Shown here: positions 31,484 through 41,619 of the stretch, piece after piece
Numbering within the stretch: the stretch's first letter is position 1
Layout: every line of letters starts with the position of its first letter
Assembly: GCA_963734495.1 (NCBI GenBank)
Contig: CAVTHK010000018.1
Location: 1 to 58,853, forward strand
Source of the DNA: an uncultured Spirochaetota bacterium
Lineage (GTDB): Bacteria > Spirochaetota > Spirochaetia > SZUA-6 > CAVTHK01
DNA: 58,853 bases
Direction of reading: 5' to 3'
The notes under the pieces: model-generated
Seen by the model: the letters and a program-made list of their open reading frames with translations, nothing else
Database searches by the model: none
What the model was told of the DNA's origin: nothing
Made by a program: the position numbers and the translations under genes

Positions 31484-32386
31484 TCAGTTGCCCCGCCCGC
31501 GCATCCGCGGGTCCAGCGCCGTGCGCAGCGCGTCGCCGACGAGGTTGGTGGCGAGCACCGTCACAAAGATCGCGGCACCCGGAAAGATCGCGAGCCACGG
31601 GGCCGTCTCGGTGTACTGATAGCTCGAGCGCAGCATCGCGCCCCAGGTCGCGGCCGGAGGCGGCACCCCCACTCCCAGAAAGCTCAGGCCCGCCTCGGTC
31701 ACGATCGCCGTGGCCACCCGCAGGGACGCCTGCACGATGATGGGGGCCGTGACGTTCGGCCAGATGTGCAGGGCGATCAGCCGCAGCGGCCGGGCGCCGA
31801 GGACGCGGGCCGAGTTGACGAACTCCTGCTCGCGCACCGAGAGGGCCTGGGCGCGCACCAGGCGCGCGAACTGCGGGATGTAGACCACCCCGATGGCAAC
31901 CATGACGGTGAGCAGGCCGGGCTTGAGCGCCGAGCTGATGCCCAGCGCGAGCACGAGGGCGGGGAACGCCGACATCGCGTCGATGACGCGCATGATGGCG
32001 TCGTCGATCACGCCACCGATGAATGCGGCCATCAGGCCCAGCGGCACGCCGATTGCCAGGGCGATGCCGACGGCCACGATGCCCACGCTCGCCGACACCC
32101 GGGTGCCGAAGATGATGCGGCTGAGGATGTCGCGCCCGAGATCGTCGGTGCCCAGCAGGTAGGTGCGCGAGGGCTTCTCGAGCACGTGATTGTAGTCCTG
32201 GCGGTCCGGGTCGTGAGGAGCGATCGCGCCCGCAAAGATGGCGCAGAAGACGACGAGCACGAGGACGGCCAGCGACGGGATCGCCAGGCGCGTGCGCAGG
32301 AGCCGCCCCCAGAAGCCTGACCGGCTCCTCCCGGAGACCGACTCCGCTGCCGTCGACCCCAGCGTGGGGCTTCCCGCGGTAGACAA
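31484..32386 (-). CDS. Peptide ABC transporter permease, OppC/DppC-type
   Basis: LGTDDLGRDILSR, EAGLSFLG, GDALRTALDPR. Confidence 0.92.
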   Translation of the reverse strand: MSTAGSPTLGSTAAESVSGRSRSGFWGRLLRTRLAIPSLAVLVLVVFCAIFAGAIAPHDPDRQDYNHVLEKPSRTYLLGTDDLGRDILSRIIFGTRVSASVGIVAVGIALAIGVPLGLMAAFIGGVIDDAIMRVIDAMSAFPALVLALGISSALKPGLLTVMVAIGVVYIPQFARLVRAQALSVREQEFVNSARVLGARPLRLIALHIWPNVTAPIIVQASLRVATAIVTEAGLSFLGVGVPPPAATWGAMLRSSYQYTETAPWLAIFPGAAIFVTVLATNLVGDALRTALDPRMRGRGN

Positions 32387-32430
32387 TCCGCCTCCTTGTC
32401 GTCGAGCTGTCGTCGAGCCCGGAAGGGAAC

Positions 32431-32457
32431 GGGAGCCCCGGCCGCGCCGGGGCTCCC
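32431..32457. terminator. GC-rich stem-loop after substrate-binding gene (mRNA stabiliser/partial terminator)
   Basis: GGGAGCCCCGGC-CGC-GCCGGGGCTCCC 12-bp stem. Confidence 0.65.
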
Positions 32458-32475
32458 TCTAGACCGCAGCGATCG

Positions 32476-34060
32476 CTACGGCTTGAGCCACGTCTCCGAG
32501 AGATCCCAGCCGCCCTGCGTCTCGATCAGGCCCTGGACTCTCTTCTGAATGCCGCTGAAGTTGCCCTTCATCCACATGGTGCCGTACCACGCCGTGTCGT
32601 AGATCCGCTTCTGCACGTCGACGTAGGCCGCCTGGCGCACCGCGTCGTCCATCGAGTTGCGGCCCCTGGCCAGCAGTGCGTCCATCACAGGGTCGGACAT
32701 GCCGGACTGGTTCTTGCCCTCGCCGGTCTGGAAGCGGCCGGCCAGGATGCTGTCGGGGTCGGGCCGGACGCCGGTGTAGTAGGTGGCGAACTCGAACTTG
32801 AGCGTCTGAACCTTGGCGAGCCACGCCAGGCGCTCGAGGGTCTCGATGTTGATGCGGATACCGGCATCGGCGAGCATCTGCTTGAGCATCTGCGCCTGCC
32901 TGAGGTCGGCCTCGCGGTTTATGACGATCAGGGAGACGTCCACGCCGTTGGGGTAGCCGGCTTCCTTGACGAGCTGCTTCGCCTTTTCCAGGTTGTAGTC
33001 ATAGTGCGGAAGGCTCGCGTCGTAGCCGAGGTAACCGGGCAGCAGGAAGTAGTTGTGCACCTCGCCGAGGCCTTCGCCGAGGACCTTGGCCATGGCCTCG
33101 CGATCGATCGCGTAGGCGACCGCCTGGCGTAGCCTGAGGTCCTGGAACTTGTCGCTCTTGAAGCTGAAGGTGAACTGGTAGCAGTTCATCTGGTACGGGT
33201 TGCGGCTGATGACGAGCTTCGGGTCCTGCTGTCCCGTCTTGACGTCGTTGGTGGCCATGTTGTTGATCATGTCGACGTTGCCCGAGCGCAGCTCGGCAAA
33301 GCGCACGCTGTCGTCCTTGATGAAGCGCACGCGCATCTTGTCGAAGTACGGGCCGGGCTGCCCGTCGGCCGCCTTCTGCCAGTAGCTGTTGCCGGCTCGC
33401 TCGATGACGTGGTGGTCGCCACCTACGAACTCGACGAGCTTCATCGGCCCGGTCCCCGCCGTGAGCTCGGGGGTGGTGCCGTACTTGTCGCCCGCCTTCT
33501 CAGCCATGGCCTTGGAGATGATGTAGGGCCTGCCGTCGGCGGCTTCGGAGAGGTTGCTCAGGAGCGAGCCCTGAGGCCCCGTGAGGTTGAGCCTGATGGT
33601 GTATGGATCGATGATGTCGATCGACTTGATCCCGGACACGAATGCGCGGGCCTGGGACTTGGCGTCGTTCATGCGCTCGAGGTTGAACTTGGCCACCTCG
33701 GCGTTCCAGTCGCTGCCGTCGTGGAACTTGACGCCCTGGCGGAGCTTGAAGGTCGCCGTGGAGCCTTCGAGCTTCCACTCTGTGGCGAGGCGGGGGACCG
33801 CCGCCATCTTGCCGTCGGGCTGCACCGACCAGCGTACCAGGGTGTCGTAGACGAGCGTATAGGCCATCGACCCGCCCGTGCTGCGGTGCGGATCGAAGGT
33901 CTGGCAGTCGTTCTGGTCCGCGTAGACCAGCGTGCCTCCACGCACCGGTTTGCCTCCGAGCCGCGGTCGTCTGCGGCTGCTCCGCGGTCGGACCTGCCCA
34001 GAGGCTCATCGTGGCGGCCGCCAGCAAAAGGACGGCCGAAACCAGCCATATTCTCTTCAT
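32476..34060 (-). CDS. Peptide ABC transporter substrate-binding protein (frameshift ~33950)
   Basis: Signal peptide MKRIWLVSAVLLLAAATMSLWAG; FKLRQGVKFHDG, GTGPMKL, RQAVAYAIDR. Confidence 0.9.
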
Positions 34061-34137
34061 CGCGCGTCTCCTCCTGTCTGGCCCGTATTATGGACGAGGA
34101 CCGCCGGCGGATCAAATCGGAGGCCTGCCGGATGCCG

Positions 34138-35379
34138 CTACCCGGCCGCGACCGCGGCCGGCTCCTCTTCACGCACGACACGCGAGAGGTAGACGATCCC
34201 CCCGAGCAGCAGCACAGCGTCGACGCCCATCAGCCAGCGGCTTCCCGCGATTCCCACGATGAGCGAGCCGAAGGGCCCCGCCACGGCCATCCCGACCGTG
34301 CCGACGAGCTGGTTCAGCGTCTGGTAGGTGGCGCGCAGGTCCGGATGGGCCCGGCGGTCCATGAGGGCCATGGCACCGAGCCAGACCAGCGGGTAGCCCG
34401 ACGCCGGTGAGGGAATGGATGGCGGCCATCAGCACCGGCCTTCCTCTTGCCCCCCGCCACGACCAGGAGCGCGAGCTTGAGCGCCGTGACGCCGGCGCCG
34501 AGGAGCAGCATCCGCCGGCAGCCGAAACGCGCGAGCAGCCGGTCGCCCCGCCTCATGATCGGGACTTCGAAGACGGCGCCGAGCGCGAACGTGATGCCGA
34601 TGCCGGCCGCGCCCATCCGAAGGTCGTCGAGGAAGTAGCCGGTGAACGTGTAGGAGCTGGAGCTCGCGAGGTCGAAGACGAACGCGAAGGCAGGTAGAGG
34701 CGGAAGTCGCTGTCGCGGCGCAGGCGATCCCACGGGATGGCGACGCGCTGGATCTGCGCGCGGAAGCCGGTCGCCGCGACCGCGGCCAGCACGAGGTATG
34801 CGAACGCGGCGCCGAAGAAGACCCCGGTCAGGTCGCTCCGGCCCTCGAGCATCAGCCCGACGGCCGATCGATGTGATGATCCAACCCGATCGTGCCGAAC
34901 ATGCGGTAGCGCCCGTAGCGCTCGCCGCTGCCGTGGCGCACGTGCAGGTACGAGAGCGTCTCGGTGTCGATGATGGGGACCATCGGCCTCACGAAGAGCC
35001 CGTTGATGGACACGCCGACGACGAGCACGATCCAGCGCGTGGCGAGCGGCCAGCCGGTCGCGGACGGGAGACCGACCAGCGCGATGGGGATCATCCCGAC
35101 CGCAACCAGCGCCGAGAGCACCGTGAGCAGCCGGTTCTCGATCTTGAACCGGTCGACCAGCACGCCCGCGACCGGCAGCGACACGACGCCCACGATCGTG
35201 CCCGCGAAAAGCAGCAGGCCCAGCAGCCCCACGGCGGGCGTGCCGTCCGCGCCGGTGAGGATGTGCTTGTAGTAGATCACGGCGAAGGGTCCGGCCACGC
35301 CCAGGGCCGCGTAGTAGAGCCCCTGCAGCAGCGCGATGCGGATCGGAGCGATGCGGAGCGAAAAGGGGTCGGAGGTCAC
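34138..35379 (-). CDS. MFS transporter (several frameshifts)
   Basis: Hydrophobic helices across ORFs 34852, 34314 and 34138; YGRYRMFGTIG, FEVPIM. Confidence 0.75.
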
Positions 35380-35506
35380 GGAGACTCGATATAGGGAGCG
35401 AGGGCGACCTGATCAAGGGGGAGGCGCGCAGCGCCGCCGGAATCGCGGCCTCGTTCACGAAATTGAGTTGAAGCCGGAACCGCCGCGTCGTATGATCGAG
35501 TGAAAT

Positions 35507-37170
35507 ATGCGTATCCGCGCGCGAGTCACGCTCGTGGTTCTGCCCGGTGCTGATCGTCGCGCTCGCCTTGAGCGGCGGCGCGGCCTACTTTGTCGCCACC
35601 GGCGCGGTCAGCAGGGTCATGCAGGAGCTGCTCGCCTTCAAGGTGTACGAGCTCGAGAAGTACGCCCAGAGCCAGTGGCAGCTCCTTCTGGACAACCGCT
35701 TCGCGGACCGGCCCGAGATGGTCGAGGCGGCCAAGGGCGGCGTCACCGCCTTTGCGGATTCGATCGTCCGCACCGACACCGAGGTGATCCTGGCGCATCG
35801 GGCCCGACGGCCAGCCGGCGATGAGCACCCGCGCCATCGAGGTGCGGCCCGAGGAGCTGGCCCGGATCGCGGCGCTGGTCCGCGAGGGGCAGCGGGAGTT
35901 CATGACGCTGCCCATCGGGGGCGTGCAGAGGGTCGCGCGCGGATTCCCGTTCGCGCCGTTCGGCTGGTACATGCTCGTCACCGAGGAGCGCGCGGTCTTC
36001 TACAGCGACATCGACGTCATCACGCGCTACACCGGGCTGATCGTCCTCGCCGCCTCGGCTCTCTCGATCGTCCTGCTCACGCTGTTCGCGCGCCGGCTCA
36101 CGAGCCCGCTCGCGAGGGTGGCGGACACGATGGAGACGCATCATCAGCGAGAACGACCTCACGGCGCGGGTCCCCGTGGAGTATCGCGACGAGACGGGCA
36201 GGCTCGCGCACACCTTCAACATCATGATCGGCGAGCTGGACAAAGGCCTACCAGAGGATCAAGCGCTACGCCCTCGAAGCGGTCCTGGCCCAGAAGAAGG
36301 AGCGCAAGATCCGCAGCTTCTTCCAGAAGTTCGTGCCGCCGCACGTGATCGACCGATGGTCGCCAACCCCGAGTCGATGCTCGTCGGCGACAATCGCCCG
36401 CTCGCGATCCTCTTTTCGGACATCCGCGGCTTCACGACGATCTCCGAGGGGATGAGCCCGACGACCTCGTGAACTCCCTCAACCGCTACTTCGCGACGCA
36501 GGTCGACATCGTCATCGGCCGCGGCGGGATCGTCGACAAGTACCTGGGCGACGCGATCATGGCCTTCTTCGGGGCGCCCGCTGGCTCGCGAGGACGACGC
36601 CGCTGCAGGCGGTCCTTGCCGGGATCGAGATGACGGAGGCCGTCGTCGGCTTCAACGCGCGGCAGCGCGAGCTCGGCAAGCCGGAGTTCAAGATCGGCGT
36701 CGGGATCGCCTACGGCCTGGTCACGGTCGGGAACATCGGGACCGACAAGAAGATGGACTACACCGTCATCGGCGACACGGTGAACCTCGGCTCGCGCCTC
36801 GAAGGGCTGACCAAGGTGTACCACCAGCCGATGCTGATCTCCGACACCCTGAGGGACCCGGTCAAAGACCGCGTGCCGACGCGGCTGATCGACACCGTGG
36901 CGGTCAAGGGGAAGACCAAGGGGGTGGGGATCTACACGGCGAGGAAAGGAGCTCAGTGAGAAGGAAGCCCGCGCCTGGAAGCTTCACGACGAGGCGATGG
37001 AGCGCTACTACTCCCGGGCCTTTGCGGAGGCCGAGCCGATGTTCTCCGAGGTGCTCGCGCTGCTGCCGGGTGATCCGACTTCGGAGGAGATGATCGAGCG
37101 CTGCCGCCGCTACCGCGCCGCGCCGCCTCCGGAGGACTGGGACGGCGTCGAGGTCATGACGACCAAGTGA
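35507..37170 (+). CDS. Class III adenylate/guanylate cyclase with periplasmic sensor, HAMP and C-terminal TPR-like tail (several frameshifts)
   Basis: DETGRLAHTFNIM (HAMP), ILFSDIRGFTTISE, DKYLGDAIMAFFGAP, GNIG...MDYTVIGDTVNLGSRLEGLTK. Confidence 0.88.
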
Positions 37171-37181
37171 GCTGGCAGGGG

Positions 37182-38384
37182 ATGCACAGGAGGACGCTTC
37201 TTGCGCTCGTCGCGCTCCTCGCGGCCGCGTCCGCGCACGCGCAGGAGGCGCGGATCGCCGCGTGTCTCTTTCCGACGATCGCGCTCACGGAGGGGGACGA
37301 GTCCAGGCGGCTGAGCGAGATCGTCAACAGCGCGCTCTCGCAGAACCTGCAGCACCTGCAGATCAGCATCCTCCCCGACAAGGCGTGGCGGGACGCCCTG
37401 GCCGGGGCTCCCGAGCAGTCCGTGCTCAACGGAAAGGTCGCGGCGGAGGCGGCCGCCCGGGCCGGGGCGCGCATGGCCGTCGTCAGCCTGATCCACCTCG
37501 AGGGCCGCCAGCTCTCCATGGACGTCAAGGTGCTCGACTCCCGCTCCGGCCGCCTGGTCAGCGGCGTCTATGCGGTCACCCTCGTCGGGGTGGCGGTGCA
37601 CAACCGGGTGACGGAGGCGGTGGACCGGCTGACTCCGCAGCTCGAGTCCTTTATCAGCCCCGAGCAGCAGGCCGAGGAGGTCGCGCCCTTCGTGCTGGAA
37701 GCGACGCTGCTCTCCGGCCTGGACGGCACGCGCGTCAGCCTCGGCGGAATCGAGCCTGCCGGCGAGATCAGCGGCGGGCGGCTCACCCTCCCCTTCGCGC
37801 CGTACCCTGTCGGCACCCGTCTGGAGCTGGTCGAAGAGAAGGAAGGCTACCACGGCGCGCGGGAGACCATCGTGCTGGAGCGGCCCCGCAGCGAGGTCCG
37901 CCTGCAGCCCCTCTGGCGCGAGACGAAACGCTCGGTCTATCTCATGTTGACCACGGGGCAGCTGTTCGGCCTGGGCGTCGGCTACCGGCACTACCTCAAG
38001 CCCGATACCCTGTTCCTCGCGGGCGAGAACTACTTCTACCTGCAGCCCGCCCAGTCGGATGCCGGCGGCATGGCGATCCACGACGACCTGGGCGTTCTGG
38101 TCGGCCGCTACCTGCTCTGGAAGTACGACGCGCCGTTCCGCTTCGCCCTCGCGGCGGGCGCGGGCGTGGTCCTGACCAAGGCGGGGGTGCCGGGCCTCTT
38201 TACGGACTGGTACCTCGACCTCGTGAGCGTGAACCTGGAGTGGAACAAGAGGGAGTACATGTTCAGCCTCCGCGCCGACGCGAAGGCGACGCTCGGGATC
38301 GGCAACGACCTGCTCGGCGCGGACATCATGACGATGAACCGCTTCGGGCCGATGCTCACCGTGAGCATCGGGAGGAAGCTGTGA
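37182..38384 (+). CDS. Secreted protein, probable outer-membrane beta-barrel C-terminus
   Basis: Signal peptide ..ASAHA; alternating hydrophobic/aromatic strands ending LTVSIGRKL. Confidence 0.6.
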   Translation: MHRRTLLALVALLAAASAHAQEARIAACLFPTIALTEGDESRRLSEIVNSALSQNLQHLQISILPDKAWRDALAGAPEQSVLNGKVAAEAAARAGARMAVVSLIHLEGRQLSMDVKVLDSRSGRLVSGVYAVTLVGVAVHNRVTEAVDRLTPQLESFISPEQQAEEVAPFVLEATLLSGLDGTRVSLGGIEPAGEISGGRLTLPFAPYPVGTRLELVEEKEGYHGARETIVLERPRSEVRLQPLWRETKRSVYLMLTTGQLFGLGVGYRHYLKPDTLFLAGENYFYLQPAQSDAGGMAIHDDLGVLVGRYLLWKYDAPFRFALAAGAGVVLTKAGVPGLFTDWYLDLVSVNLEWNKREYMFSLRADAKATLGIGNDLLGADIMTMNRFGPMLTVSIGRKL

Positions 38385-39324
38385 CGCGCCGCCCGATCGC
38401 CCTCGCGGCCGCGGCGCTCTTCGCGCTCGCAGGCTGCGGCTACCTGCTGGACAGCCCGTTCCCCGCCTACGTGCCCCTGATGACGGGGGCGGCGGACGTC
38501 GCGGACGAAATGCCTTACGCGCAGGGCGCCCACTACGAGCTGCGCGTGGTCGGCTCGCCGTCCGGCGACTACGTCTGGATCTACGGCGAGGGCAGCTCAT
38601 TCCGGGAGCGGTTCGCGCTCTACGACAAAGACCTTCACCTCGTGCTCCAGGGCGAGGAGGACGCGGGAGACACGTTCTACGGCGACAGCCCGCTCATCTT
38701 CGCCCCGGCGGTGGGCCGCTTCTGGGTCGGGAAGCTCGCCTACGACTTGAGCTTCGTGAGGCAGCCTGCCAGCGACGCGACCTGGAATCCGGGGCCCGGC
38801 TACTACGACGGGAGCGAGTACGACTTTCCGCGGTCGAGCGGCACCGACGACTTCATCCTGTGGGACACCTGGAGCAGCCCGACCACGTTTGTGAACACCT
38901 TTTCGGGTCCCCGGATCGACGGCAGCGGGATGCGGTACAGCATCGAGGGCCTCTCCCACGACGTCGCCGGAGGCCGGCTGGCTCTCTACGCGCGGGCTCC
39001 GGGCATGAACCTGGTCGTCGGAGTCGTCAAAGATGCCGCCAGCTTCCGAAGCAGTTTCGCCACGAACGTGATCGCCGAGGCGCCTTCACCATCTTCGCGT
39101 CGAGCGGCGACTTCGACCGGCCCATGTTCGCGGGCGACGGGACGGTCATCCGCTATTACGATGAAAACCGGCTCGTCTTCTATGACCTCAAAGGCATCGA
39201 AGGCGCCGAGCTTGCCATGAAGGACTCAGGGGACGCGAGGGTCGGCTTCAGCCCGCAGGGCGGGCACTGGTACATTTTCGACCCGCGCGCCGGCCGGATC
39301 GCGAAAGCGAGGACGTGGTGGTGA
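38381..39324 (+). CDS. Beta-rich lipoprotein (frameshift ~39085)
   Basis: MTRRPIALAAAALFALAGC lipobox; continuation in ORF 38860 ending KARTWW. Confidence 0.65.
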
Positions 39325-40529
39325 GCGCTGGTCGCCGCGGGTGCGCCGTCGTCCTCTGCCTGCTTGCCCTGGCGGCCGCCGCCGGAGCGCAGGAAAAGAT
39401 CGCGCGGGCGAGGAGGCTGCTGTTCTTCTTCTCGATCGAGGCCGGGGCACGGTACGGCGATGCGGAGCTCACGCTCCTCCGCGAGTCGCTTCTCGCCAGG
39501 CTCACGCAGGAGGCCCCGTTCCGCGTCCAGGAATGGGGAGCGCGCGAGGTGCCGGCTGACGACGCCGCGCGGACCGAGGCCGCGCTCGCGAGCGAGTGCG
39601 ACGCGTGGGCCGCAGTCGAGATGTTCGGGGGCACGGAGACGCCCGGCTACCGTCTGCGGTCCTTCGACCTCGTAACGCGCAAGCGCGTCGTCGACCAGAA
39701 CGTCCCCCGCGACACGCCGCTGCGGCCCCGCGACCTCGAGCTCAGGTTCTGGGACGAGGCGGCCGCCACCCTCGCCGCAAGCTACCAGACCGTCGAGCTC
39801 GGCACGCGCGTCACCGTGCGGGGCGCGCCGGCCACGGTCGTCTCGGGGCTGCCCGGCCGGAGGCTCGTGCTCGGCGCGGACGGCAGCTCCGAGGTGGTGC
39901 TGCCCAACCCTTCGCTGTACTCGATCCGTGCGACCCACCGCCTCTACCAGCCGCTCAGCCTGACGTTCAGCGTCAAGGACGCCCCGGTGGACGTCAAGCT
40001 CGCGCAGGTCCGCGCTCCGCGGTACGTGGTGGACGCGGCGCTCACGACGCTGAACTTCCCGAGCGCCGACGCGGGAGTGTACGTGTACCCCAATTACGCG
40101 TACGTCAAGCTCGGTCTCACGACCTACGTCGCGGGGTTCGCCATCGGAGGCAAGCGGGATGACGGGCTGTTCGTGAGCGAGCCCCTCACCACGCTGAGGC
40201 TGCAGGCCGGCAGCTACATCAACCGGCCGGACGCGGCGATCCGGTACTACGGCGCGATCGGCGGCCTGCTCCGCTTCGTGCACTCGGGGGACATCACGGG
40301 CCTCGAGCCCATCGCGCCTTTCGGGCTGCAGGCGGTCCTCGGCCTCGAAAGCAGGCCGTGGAAGGCGGCGAGCGCCTTTTTCGAGCTCACGCCTACCTGG
40401 TACATCTCGAGCGACCCCGAGCTGCTGGAGGCGTCGTACCCGACGGACTACTCTTTTCCCGGAGCCGTCGTGGACAGCGGCGTGATCGACTTTGCCCAGT
40501 ATCGCGTCGGATTGAGGTTCCACCTATGA
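39321..40529 (+). CDS. Secreted protein, probable outer-membrane beta-barrel C-terminus
   Basis: Signal peptide ..AAAGAQE; strands ending YRVGLRFHL; same length/architecture as 37182-38384. Confidence 0.6.
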   Translation: MSAGRRGCAVVLCLLALAAAAGAQEKIARARRLLFFFSIEAGARYGDAELTLLRESLLARLTQEAPFRVQEWGAREVPADDAARTEAALASECDAWAAVEMFGGTETPGYRLRSFDLVTRKRVVDQNVPRDTPLRPRDLELRFWDEAAATLAASYQTVELGTRVTVRGAPATVVSGLPGRRLVLGADGSSEVVLPNPSLYSIRATHRLYQPLSLTFSVKDAPVDVKLAQVRAPRYVVDAALTTLNFPSADAGVYVYPNYAYVKLGLTTYVAGFAIGGKRDDGLFVSEPLTTLRLQAGSYINRPDAAIRYYGAIGGLLRFVHSGDITGLEPIAPFGLQAVLGLESRPWKAASAFFELTPTWYISSDPELLEASYPTDYSFPGAVVDSGVIDFAQYRVGLRFHL

Positions 40530-41600
40530 AGGCAGCGCGTCCGGCAGCAACACTGGCGCTCGTCGTCGGGCTGGCGGGCTGCCTCGTTCCCCCGTTCAAC
40601 CTCGACCTCACCCGGGCGTACCAGACGGCGAGCAGGATGAAGGAAGTCGCGGACATCGGGCCGGTCAGCTTCTGGATGGGAAGCGGCGCGGGTGGAGAGA
40701 TCACCTACCTCCCTAGCCGGACCTTGTTCGCCGGGGAAACGCCCGGCGCCGAAGTCACCCACGGCCTGCTCCTCGCCTCCGGCGACTACGGCCCGCGGGC
40801 CTGGTACCTCGACGAGGATCCCATGGGCAAACCCGTGGTCTATGGTGACCGCCAGTTCTTCATCGACAGCACGGACAGCAATCGCTACAACTGGCAGATC
40901 TTCATGGTCAAGGCGACCGCGGGCCCGCCGGACTTCTTCATTGTCCAGGATCAGTCGACAGGGGCTCTCAACCGCATCCAGTACAACCGGTACGCGGACC
41001 TGCAGCTCAACCCTGATCCGCCCGTCTCGTGGGCGAGCGTGGTCACTCCCATGGGCTCTCTCGCGGGCTTCTCCTACCTGACAGCCACCGACGAGGCATC
41101 GTTTCTCGACAACGACGCCGGCAACTACTACGATCGTCGCGCCCGGGTCGACGAGACCGGCTGGACCGACATCGGCGGACGCGGGCCGGTGACTTTGCCG
41201 GGCGCGCCCGGCAACGGGTTCTACCAGCACGACGGCATGAGCGTGAGCGGCCGCAGCATCTTTTCGTGGTGGACGGGCGCCCGCTACGTCACTTACAAGT
41301 GGGATATCGCTCTCGTTCCGACTTTGCTCCCCATCAAGGCTCGGGTCGACGTGCTGCTGTCGACCGGCGAGCTTTACCAGCGGGGCGACGGGTCGGACAC
41401 GGTCTACGACTGGAGCGGCAACGCAGAAGCACAAGTTCCCGGTGGGAAACCTGCGCCTGGTCGGGGAGCGTTACGTCGGCGGCGAGGCCACGCTCTTCTA
41501 CACGCTCGTCTACTGGGAAAACAGCAGCGGCGGCGAGGACAACCAGATGCACGTCAAGGTCTACACGATCCCCACCGCGGATCTCGACGAGCTCGACTGA
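40526..41600 (+). CDS. Beta-rich lipoprotein (frameshift ~41430)
   Basis: MKAARPAATLALVVGLAGC lipobox; ATGA overlap with previous gene. Confidence 0.65.
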
Positions 41601-41619
41601 CCGGCTCCCCCGGCGCGAG

